In this document: one piece after another, positions 1 to 9,800 of the stretch | Layout: each line of letters opens with the position of its first letter | Numbering within the stretch: the stretch's first letter is position 1 | The notes under the pieces: model-generated | The model's input: only the letters and a program-made list of their open reading frames with translations | Database searches by the model: none | What the model was told of the DNA's origin: nothing | Program-made: the position numbers and the translations under genes | NCBI GenBank assembly: GCA_002189035.1 | Contig: NEEC01000166.1 | Span: 1 to 30,476, forward strand | DNA: 30,476 bases | Direction: 5' to 3' | DNA from: Utricularia gibba | Taxonomy: Eukaryota > Plantae > Magnoliophyta

Positions 1-150
1 CCGGCTTCTAACCCACATAGTAGCTCAAGAAGCCAAAGTGAAACTATTGGAGAAGGAAGGAGTACTTTGAGGACGACTATCAGGAAGCCTTCTCGTCGGG
101 AGGAGGAGCTTCATAATGTGGTTGATGAAATGGGAAAAGCGATCGATGAT
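1..150 (+). pseudogene. Antisense additional ORF (aORF) of the Retand-like element, part left of the Athila insertion
   Basis: Frame 1 is open for all 50 codons (PASNPH...EEELHNVVDEMGKAIDD) and continues as VNSERESF at 5496 once one TSD copy is removed. Confidence 0.6.
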
Positions 151-1089
151 TGATGCGTGTCGTTTTTCTCAACAAATTTTAAATATTTAAAACGTAAAAC
201 ACCAGAAAGCAGAGTACGAGTATCGATCACAGGGAGTTGTTTTTCGTGAAAAGTGTTTTGTAAGAAACTTCTACAAAATGTCACGGTTTTGTAAAAGGGG
301 GTTTTTTTAAGATGCAAAGAAAGAACATAAGTGATGGGCCTTGACTACGGTACGCAGTTCCTGGGAATAGATTTCATCTTCTTCCTTTGTCCGTCTTTGC
401 CTCGGTTTTCACTTTTTCCGAATAGTTGGTTATAGGAGCAAGGAATAGCCTACTCTCCCTTACACTCTGATTGACAAGGAGGCACGGGAATAGCCTCATG
501 TGATTCCCCCTTAGACGATTAGGAAGACAAGAGGATTGCCTTCAATTGCCTTCAAAACCGAATTGTGTGCGTGTGCCCAGCTGTTGCCAATGGCCAGTGG
601 CAGGTCCAAGGTCACAACTTGTCCACTGTCGCGGTACCTAGGCCACAAACAATCTGCTCCAAGTGGTTTTTATATGACTTCCCACGTGCATTAACTCCTT
701 TGGGTCCCCTTCCCATCATTCCTTCTGTCTTGCGTGCACCACCAGACTTTCTTTGCATGCAAGTTTGCGCCCAATCATTGCTGGAGACTCTGACATGCCG
801 TAAGTCAGGGGCCTTGACCAGTGTCAGTCTTCTGCCCACAATCATTCCAACTCGCGTACAAGGCACGAAAACTCAGAGTCTGACCACCTGCTGCAACACT
901 CTCTGACAGTCTCCTGACATGTCTCAGTCAAAGTGTGAGAAAAAAGACATAAAATATACACAAAATGGGAAAATAGGAATTTTCTAGTAAAAATCAAATA
1001 CTTAATAATAAGACTCCTAATTTGTACGACTTCATACATAATTAACACATAATAATACCTAATAATTAACTAGAAAATGACACTTAACA
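151..1089 (-). repeat. 3' LTR of the Athila element (939 bp)
   Basis: Minus strand reads TGTTAAGTGTC...GACACGCATCA, preceded by the PPT and followed by the TSD. TATA-like TATAAAAA at 667-674 (-). About 96% identical to 5050-5490 (about 16 substitutions in ~435 bp by hand). Confidence 0.93.
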
Positions 1090-1090
1090 T

Positions 1091-1106
1091 ATTCCCCCAC
1101 ACTTAA
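1091..1106 (-). other. Polypurine tract of the Athila element
   Basis: TTAAGTGTGGGGGAAT on the minus strand, 1 nt before the TG of the 3' LTR. Confidence 0.85.
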
Positions 1107-1502
1107 ATCATGTTTGTCCTCAAGTATGAAAATTATAGCAGTCCATGAAAAAGGGCAGAACCTAAGTCATGATGCATTACGAAGGTACATTGTTCCTACA
1201 GTAGGCGTTTACTCCAATTCTTTTCCTATCCTTCAATCAAATTAAGGCAAGCCACTCAAGTTCGCATGCATCAGGTAAAGATTTAACTAATGACTACTTA
1301 TACACTACATCATCAAGTCAAAAATAGCAAATAACATACACTATAGTGACTCAAGACCTTTTTCTTCCCCCCCCCCCCCCCGCCCATTTTGTTTTTTTTT
1401 TTATAGAGGTCCCCGCTTTGGGGAAGAATTTTTGGATTACGAAACCTGATGTGTGGTGTTAACCATGGTTTTGCCAAACATCCTTACCTTTGGCACCCCT
1501 TG

Positions 1503-1627
1503 TATTATTATTATTATTATTGTTATTATTATTATTATTGTTATTATTATTATTATTATTATTATTTATTATTATTATTATTATTCTTATTATTATTATT
1601 ATTCTTATTATTATTATTATTATTATT
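1503..1627. repeat. Imperfect (TAT)n microsatellite, ~125 bp, in the Athila 3' non-coding region
   Basis: Read directly: TAT repeats with TGT/TCT interruptions. Confidence 0.97.
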
Positions 1628-1913
1628 CTAGTAGCCAGGAATTCATGAACCTAAGCATGATCAATCCTAAAAATTCTAGCCTTATTCATGGAAGCAAATG
1701 TACTTGAGGAGTATAGTGGAGATTTTTCACAAAAAAAAAAACAAAAAAAACAAAACATTAAGCACGAAAACAGAAAAAATTCCACTAAGTTTAACACATA
1801 TGTCCTAATACCCAGAAAATACTAGAAAATAAAAAAAAAAGAAACATAAACTCCTCCCCCACACTTAATTTTGAGGATGTCCTCATCATCAAGTGCAGCG
1901 GAGGGAGGATACC

Positions 1914-3577
1914 TTAGTCATGGGGCATGTCGGAGTGTGAAGCAGTAGCTATCAGAGTGTCTAGTTTCGTTGAAAGTGCAGAAACCTGTTCCTGGAGACT
2001 CTGAATAGCGAGAAGCAGGGTGTGTTTGGTGGGGCTTGATGGTGCAGTGCTCAGAGGAATGTCTGTTGGCGCACCATATGGATTCACAATTGAGGAGGGC
2101 ATGGAGGTGATGGTACTCTTGGTACCCGCTTGAACAAAAACAGCCTTCCCCTCAACTTCCTTCAAGTAGCTGCAAGAAAACAAATCATCCAAAATCTAGA
2201 TAACGGAAATGATTGTCTACCTGAGGGTCTGTTTTTACAGGTTCATTTTCAAGTGTTGGGCGAGCTTGGTGATGAGAGAAGCAAAGGGGAGAACCCTCTC
2301 ATTCTTGGCGGTGATGGAGTCCATTTGAGTTGCAATCCACCATCCCAGGTTGATTGGAAGTTTCTTCATCATCGCCCACAAGAAGAACACAATCACCTTG
2401 GCAATGATGCTGGTGCCTTGTCGGGTTGCGCTGTAACAGCCTCCCAAGTACCTGTTCAAAACTAAAAGAGTAGGGGCTCTCATGTAATGGGCCTTGAGTT
2501 TGCGTACAGAAAATGGGGGCTAACAGACAGACATGGAAGAATGCTTGGATAATCACAGAATGCTTGGAGGTAACGTGTAGTGGTTAAATCAGATTCAGAA
2601 ACAAAGCCTAAAGCCACATTAAAATCGTTTGTAGACATGAGAAAGTTGTTGCCTCCAAGGCGGAAAGAAATCAAATTTTCAGCAAGGGGATCTCCAGCCA
2701 CATCCTCAATCACAATAGTTGTATCAAATTCGAAAACAAGTTTGGGATAAACTGGAAGACTAATTTCAGAAAATCTACACCACTCAGAGGAAGCATCAAA
2801 TAAACGGTTGATATCATCAAGTAGATTCAGATGCACCAAAGTAGGCGTATTCAATTTGAAGTCAAATAATATTCTGCGCGAGGTCAAGAGATTAAATAGG
2901 AGTTGAGCATTCTTATCTGAAAATTTCACAATGTTTTTCAGCTGAGTCCAAGCAGGGGACTCCAGTGCTCGGTCTCGCCAGAATTTTGTGTGACAGTGCT
3001 GTCCTTTACCACGCTGTGTGGGCTGACTTGCTTCATCAACATCCTGTTCTCCAGGGAGAAACTCAAGGCATGGCCCTTCATTAGCGGCACACTCCATTTC
3101 AGAGATCCAGAGATCAACCGCTTCGTCGATGGTGATCTCCTCAATGTCATCTTCGTCCTGTACTGGAGAAGGGGATGAGTGAATATTAGGAATTTCTGGT
3201 TCCTTACCCTTTCCTCCAGTGATTTCTTTCGATTCTGTGGGATGCAGGCTCTCGGGAACAGAAATTGCTGCTGGGGAATTTGGCTCTGAGGGTTCCGGCT
3301 CGTCAGCAGCAACAGTAGCAGCAGCAGGGACTGGGTACCACTCTAGGTACAACACCGGCAACACTATAGTCAGAGGTGTTGCCTCAATCGGAACAGACTC
3401 CACCGCAGCGCCTAAAGATGGCTCATGCTCAGTGGGAGCAGGGGCTTCTGCTGGGTTGTTGGTGCGGCGACGCTGGGTCCTTCTGGATGGTCTAGCAGCA
3501 GCAGGTTGGCGCTTCCGAGTTGCTGCCTTTGCAGCACTTGCGCTTCGGTTAACCGGAGATGTGGGGCGTCCAGGCAT
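1914..3577 (-). pseudogene. Athila env-like additional ORF
   Basis: 365-aa open N-terminal part with W.RF..ISLPVYPKLVFEF...ISFRLGGNNFLMSTNDFNVALGF. Continues after a frameshift near 2500-2545 as KLKAHYMRAPTLLVLNRYLG...FLWAMMKKLPINLGWWIATQM...SLITKLAQHL, with an in-frame stop at 2235-2237, ending at 1914. Lies between pol and the 3' LTR. Confidence 0.8.
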
Positions 3578-3823
3578 GGTGAGCAGAAAATTCGGAGAAT
3601 CGGGGAATTTCAGGCGAGAGAATGAGAAGAATCGAAATGCAAGTCACAACAGCGAAGTGGGGTAACGGTCAGTAAAAATGGGAATGCCAAAAGATAAAAG
3701 AGAGATTGAGTGTAGAAGCAGTTAAAGGAGTAAGTGGTGGCATGGGGCAGGTGAAAATAAAGTAACTTGGAGTAGTGGGTGATAAGAACGAGGAAAGAGT
3801 AACGGTTACGAAATTAAAGTCAT

Positions 3824-3851
3824 GGGTTGCCTCCCATTCAGCGCCAATTTA
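3824..3851 (-). other. Conserved post-pol motif of Athila elements
   Basis: TAAATTGGCGCTGAATGGGAGGCAACCC on the minus strand, ~25 nt after the INT stop. Matches the GCGCT..TGGGAGGCAACCC motif I recall from Athila copies. Confidence 0.65.
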
Positions 3852-3877
3852 CAATCTTTGGCTGACTGTGACACCTG

Positions 3878-4425
3878 TTAATGGCCCTCGACTAGCAGTA
3901 AGCTACACACACTGTGCCGCTTAAATTTCTCATAAAATGGCTCAATCGATGTCCATTGACCTTAATGCTTTTCCATGTCTCAAATGAACGAATAATAACA
4001 GCACCAGAAGGAAAAACATTCACAACTTCATAAGGTCCAAGCCACTTAGAACGCAATTTACCGGGAAAGAGCTTCAAGGTGGTATCAAATAGGAGAACTT
4101 TTTGACCTACTAAAAATTGCTTCCCATAAAACTTATCATCATGGTAGCATTTTACCTTTTCCTTGTGCAAGAGCTGGTTAGTGTAGGCATTGAGGCGAAT
4201 TTCCTCCAGCTCATTTAGGTCTAAAAGTCTACTCTCCCCAGCTTGATCGCTAGTCAGGTTGCATGACTTGACGGCCCAGTATGCCCTGTGATGTAATTCA
4301 AAAGGAAGATGACATGCCTTACCATAGATCATTCGCTATAGAGACATTCCTATAGGATTCTTGTAAGCTGTACGGTACGCCCATAGCGCATCATTGAGCC
4401 TTGAGCTCTAATCTCGCCTATTTGG
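3878..4425 (-). pseudogene. Integrase C-terminal remnant (Athila type)
   Basis: [51 protein letters not shown]...LKLFPGKLRSKWLGPYEV...KVNGHRL; two stops and a 1-nt shift near the end. Confidence 0.92.
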
Positions 4426-5490
4426 GAATAAGATTCCATCTCCTTCCTTTGTCCGTCTTTGCCTCATTTTTCACTGATTTCTTCCGAATAGCTGGTTATA
4501 GGAGCAAGGAATAGCCTACTCTCCCTTACACTCTAATTGAAAAGGAGGCACGGGAATAGCCTCAAGTGATTCCCCCTTAGACGATTAGGAGGCAAGAGGA
4601 TTGCCTTCGATTGCCCAGCTGTTGCCAATGGCCAGTGGCAGGTCTGAGGTCACAACCTATACACTCTCGCGGTACCTAGGCCACAAACAATCTACTACTT
4701 CCCTCGAACCAGCAGGGTTGGAATTGGTGCTCTTCACCTTGATCTTCACCAAAATTCGCGAGAAGTGGCCTGCTACTCATGGACCTTAACTAAGAGTCGT
4801 TACAGAAAGACTGCAACAAGATGCGTGAAAGTATGTGGAATCAGAATTGAATTCAGTGAAGAATCGAGTGTATTGCTCAGGACATGGAAGGAAACTTCAT
4901 CTACATCCTAGAAACTAAAGGTTTTTAGCCCAAAAGGGCCATGAAAACAGAAAGGAAATTGAAATCTAAGTGTTCTTCCTCCTTGGAGGGGAGGAAGAAC
5001 TCAAAAGTCTAAGTCTACAAAGGAAAATGGCAAAAGTTTGAAACTAAGTGCTTCAAGTGGTTTTTATATGACTTCCCACGTGCATTAACTCCTTTGGGTC
5101 CCTTCCCATCATTCCTTCTGTCTTGCGTGCGCCACCAGACTTTCTTTGCGTGCAAGTTTGCGCCCAATCATTGCTGGAGACTCTGACATGCCATAAGTCA
5201 GGGGCCTTGACCAGTGTCAGTCTTCCGCCCACAATCGTTCCAACTCGCGTACAAGGCACGAAAACTCAGAGTCTGACCATCTGCAATACTCCTGTAACAC
5301 TCTATGACAGTCTCCTGACATGTCTCGGTCAAACTGTGAGAAAAAAGACATATAATATACACAAAATGGGAAAATAGGAATTTTCTAGTAAAAATAAAAT
5401 ACTTAATAATAAGACTCCTAATCTGGGCGACTTCATACATAATTAACACATAATAATACCTAATAATTAACTAGAAAATGACACTTAACA
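4423..5490 (-). repeat. 5' LTR of the Athila element, truncated at its 3' end
   Basis: Aligns to 362-1089, carries an extra 356-bp block (4694-5049) and lacks the equivalent of 151-361. Confidence 0.9.
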
Positions 5491-5495
5491 ATGAT

Positions 5496-5967
5496 GTCAA
5501 TTCCGAGAGGGAGAGTTTCAAGTTTGGTTCAAGGAGGCGGAGGCTGAGCTGAGGCAAGCCAATTATCGCGTCTCGGCCTTGGAAGCTGAGTTGCTTGATC
5601 AAGAGGCATCTCGGGGGAGGCTTTTGGAAGATTTTGTCAACTCGGCCTGCTTCTCTGAGTTATCAGATATTTACGCCAGGGATCTAATCGGCAGGCTTCT
5701 ATATCAACAAAGGCGCCAAATCAGCCGAGAATTCGGGTTGTCGATCACGCACCCGCGCTTCAATTAGTTCGATCCCTTAGGAAGGACGAGAACATGCTGG
5801 ATGCCATCGCGGACGTGTATCAAGCCCCGAAATTCAGGTTTGAAGCGGATCAGGAGCGCCTAATAGTGCTTATTCGGGCTAGGATTGGGCTAGAGAATGA
5901 AGCCAAGCTGAGGGCAAGGATGGAAGGACATGTCGGCCCCTCAACTGATCCCCTCCCTGAACTTTAA
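5496..5967 (+). pseudogene. Antisense aORF of the Retand-like element, coiled-coil-like C-terminal part
   Basis: QVWFKEAEAELRQANYRVSALEAELLDQEASRGRLLEDFVNS...DENMLDAIADVYQAPKF...STDPLPEL*, stop TAA 5965-5967. Needs two inferred 1-nt frame corrections (~5517, ~5775) and contains one in-frame TAG. Antisense aORFs are known in Retand elements. Confidence 0.6.
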
Positions 5968-6066
5968 TTCCTTTCTTTTGAGACTGATGTTTTTTTTTTG
6001 TCCCCGATTTGGAGTTTTTTTATATTTTGAGATCCTAGTTTGGGATTCCTTCCTTTAGTTTATCTA

Positions 6067-6742
6067 TGCTTTCGGGGCATAGTTGGATCTACTTCGAGTG
6101 CATTTACTGTCTTGAAATTCGGTAGCAAAATTCTTACTTAGGGTTTTTTCGGGGCTTATACGAGCGGCTTATGGAAGCCGGTGCCCGAGTTGTACCAGGG
6201 TTTATCATCACCATCAGTGCCCAGGTTTGGGGGATTCAATACTTCGGAGGGAGCCTCGGGATATTTTGCTATGCCGATTGCGGGACTTAGATTTGGAGGG
6301 TTTGTGTGGACTCACATGATTCAAAGGTTGTGTGTCCCTTGCCAACCATTTGGCTGGGTTTTTTGATCTTTATTTGCCTTAGTCTTTTCTTACGCAAGCT
6401 AAACCGTTGCTAGGGAAGTAGATCAGAACCCCTCATGGGTTGAACAACTTCCCCAATCCGAATGGGCCCTATTCTGGCCGAAATCCCATTGTTTTAACAA
6501 CATGGGCAGATTTTCTTTGGATGCTCTTGTCGTCTCGAGATTCAGCAGTAAGGTTTGTACTTAAGGGCTTTTTTGAACCTTACGCGAACGGTTTAGGGGA
6601 ACCGGTGCCCGAGTTATACCAAGGCTTACCCATGTCACTGGGGCCTGGGTTTGGAGGATCACATAACTCTGGGAGAGCCCCGAGTTGGTTTGCTATGCCC
6701 ATCAGGGGCCGCAGGCTTAGGAGGTTTGCCTGGGCTTACATG
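6067..6742 (+). repeat. Diverged direct duplication (~250-bp unit, ~424-bp period) in the 3' region of the Retand-like element
   Basis: 6067-6318 vs 6490-6742. Cores 6178-6318 and 6602-6742 align without gaps at 96/141 nt identity. Confidence 0.85.
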
Positions 6743-6855
6743 ACACTACCAGAGCTTTTGATTTTTTTTAACTCATCTCCACTTTGGAGGAATATATAGT
6801 CGCTTGAGTGTTTTGATGAAGAAAATACCAAAACCTGTGGAGATTCGCGATAGAC

Positions 6856-9800
6856 TTAGAATTTCCTTAGATGCGATGCATTCCGTGACCTTCGAAATTC
6901 CACGCCATCTAGCTGTTCTAGACAATAAGCTACTTTTCTGATTACCCTTGAAATCTAATAAGGGCCTTCCCAGTTGCGGTCTAATTTTCCTACACGCCTC
7001 TATGGTCGAATGCTTTAGAGTACCAAGTCTCCTTCCGAGAATTCCCTTGGGAATACCGACTTGTTATAATTCTTTTCAGTTCTTCTCTAGTAAGCCCCTA
7101 GTCGGCTATGAAATACTCTGTCTTTTTTCCTCAAACAACTCCAACTCAAGTTTTCGTAGATCGGCATTTTCCTCTTCGTTATAGTGTTCCACCCTGTAGC
7201 TCTTCAGCGTTAATTCGATTAGGCATACTGCTTTCGATCCGTAAACCAATAAGAAGAGGGATTCATCCATAGTGGTTCGAGGGATGGTGCGATATGACCA
7301 TAGCACCTCATCCAACCAGTCTGCCCATGACCCTCCAAAATCCTGTAGTTTTGTTCATGAGGCCATTGCTCTGAGGATGATAAACTGAAGTGAAGTTGTG
7401 TTTAACTGAATACCTATCTAGAAAAGCATCCATCTTTCCTCCAGCAAACTGGGTTCAATTATCGGTTACTAGCTCTCGGGGTATCCCGAATCGGATGAAG
7501 ACGTTCCTCCACAGAAATTGAATAACTGTTTCTTCTGAAATTTTTGCCACGGCTTCTGCTTCTACCCATTTGTAGAAATATTCAATCCCCACGATGACAA
7601 ACTTCCTTTGGCTAGAGGTCTAAGGGAAAGGTCCCATGATATCCAGCCCCAGCGATCAAACAGGCACGAGAGCGGTAGAGTGGTCAAGTTTTTTACTAGT
7701 TTTCTTATTACATTTGCATGATATTGGCATATCTTGCATTTCCTCACCACTTCAGTAATGTCTTATTTCATAGTTGGCCAATAGTACCCTCTTCTCATTG
7801 CCTTTTTGCATAGTGATCGTATCCCATCATGACTGCCGCACTCTTCTTCATGGAAATTGGTAATAAGGTCTTGAGAATGTTCTTTCCCGATACACCTCAG
7901 TAGGGGTCCATGGAAGGATCTTTGACAGAGAATTCCTTTTACTAGTGTATATCTCTTACCCTAATCTCCAACTTTCAGGCTTTCGATTTGTCAGATGGTG
8001 TTTCTCTGTTTTGCAGATACTGGATATAAGGTGACATCCTATCTTTGAGGGGACTTAGCTGTGAAGAGATGTCACTTCCGAGTTGCTGTGTGATTTAGTT
8101 CACTGTTCGCAAGGTCACCAAAGGTTGATCCCGCAATCGGATCGTCACACTCCCCTCTTTTAACCCTAGAAAACCTATGGCAAATCGGGCGAGGCTATCG
8201 GCAGATTCATTTTCTTCGCGTGCCACATGCGATAGGGTAAACTCCTTGAAAGTTTTTGCCAACTCCCTCACCCGAAAATTGTCTTTGCACTAGCCGTGAA
8301 TCGATATAAATATCGAGCTCTGCGACTCCAAGTTCCTTGGCTATTTTCATTCCTTCAATCAGAGCTTCATATTCGGTGACATTATTGGTGGCGGGGAATA
8401 AGAATTTCACCGTGATGTAAATATGATCTCCATCCTGAGTTCGGATGTCAATTCCTCCTCCAGCCCCATTGTATGTAGAACCATCGACATACATGGCCCA
8501 TCGGTCATTGATTTCCACGAACCGGTCGATAGGCATGGTCATCTTGACTACAAAGTCGGCAAAGGTTGGGCTTTGATCGACGTTCTCGATTTGAATTCAA
8601 TATCCATTGTGCTTAATTCGACCGCCCACTTGGCGACCCTTCTGGAAATTTCAAGTCGAGATAGGATATTCTTCAAAGGCTGATTGGTGAATACCATGAT
8701 GTGCCGATCCTAGAAATAGGATCTCATTTTGGTGGCCGCCATTTTCAAAGCCAAGATGAATTTCTCTATCACTGTGTATCGGGTTATGGACGGTAGGAAA
8801 ACCTTGCTCACATAATACACCAGCAGGTGCTTTTCTCCTAAGATGGTTGTCAAGACTATGCTGACCGCAACGGGTGATATTGATAGATAAAGCCCAAGGG
8901 GTTCTCCTTCTTTCGGAGACATCAACAGTGGCGGTGATGATAGATATTCCATAAGTTTTTCGAAAGCAACCTGACAATCCTCGTTCTATTCCATAGTGTT
9001 TCCCTTCCAGAGAGCCTTGAAGAAAGATGCCGATCTATCAGCAGATCGGGATATGAACCGACTGAGGGCAGTCAATTTACCCGTAAGGCTTTGATACTCT
9101 TTGATTGTCCTTGGAGGTTGCATTTCGCATATTGCTTTGATCTTTGCTGGATCGGCCTCGATCCCTCTTTTCGATACGTAGTACCCGAGGAACTTCCCAC
9201 TCTGCACCCTGAAGCAGCATTTCAACGGATTGAGTTTTAATCTCTATGATCGACATAGAGAGAAACAGGAATCCAAATACGTCAAATAATCTTCTTCATA
9301 GAAGTACCGATTTCAGAAGAAAAGATTTTGTTCACCAGCCTCTGATAAGTTGCCCAGCATTCTTCAAGCCAAAGGGCATCGCAACATAGCAGTAAACTCC
9401 ATCCTTGGTGTAGAATTTGGTTTTTGGTTGGTCCTTCTCGGCGACAAAGATTTGATGATATCCAAAATAGGCATCCATGGTGCTCAGGAATCAGGATCCG
9501 GCGATGGCATCCACCAGTTTATCAATCTTCGGCAAGGGGTAAAGATCCCTCTCGTAGCAGCGTTGAGGTCGGTGAAGTCGACACACATTCAACATTTTCC
9601 CCCGGGCTTAAGGACAACGACCGCATTGGCTCCCCATTCGGAGTACTGGATCTCCTTCACATAGCCAACCTCCAAGAGAATCGATTCACTGGATGACTCA
9701 TCTTCGAGATGCTACTATGGGAAGCTAACCAAGTGTTAGTACCAAGATCTCGAATATGATAGCTGTGCAAGTAAGCTTAGACTTGAGGTCAACAAAATTA

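Larger units (their letters stand above)
151..5490 (-). mobile_element. Athila-lineage Ty3/Gypsy element, internally deleted (gag, PR, RT, RH, N-terminal INT and PBS missing), retaining the env-like ORF
   Basis: TG..CA ends, TSD ATGAT at 146-150 and 5491-5495, two related LTRs, Athila-type INT C-terminus, post-pol motif, env-like ORF, PPT next to the left LTR. Confidence 0.92.

Noticed and set aside
565-1048. ORFs at 565-1048 and their twins at 5053-5449
   Set aside because: They lie inside the two Athila LTRs, are duplicated only because the LTR is, differ by frameshifts and show no recognisable domain.
1449-1707. Poly-Tyr / poly-Ile / poly-Leu ORFs
   Set aside because: Translation of the (TAT)n microsatellite.
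3219-3665. 148-aa + strand ORF
   Set aside because: Antisense shadow of the GC-rich, low-complexity N-terminus of the env-like ORF.
346-4380. 10-mer TACGGTACGC shared by the LTR (346-355) and integrase (4371-4380) as a possible deletion breakpoint
   Set aside because: The INT frame continues ~45 nt beyond it, and the LTR junction maps to 4423-4425, so it is a likely chance match.
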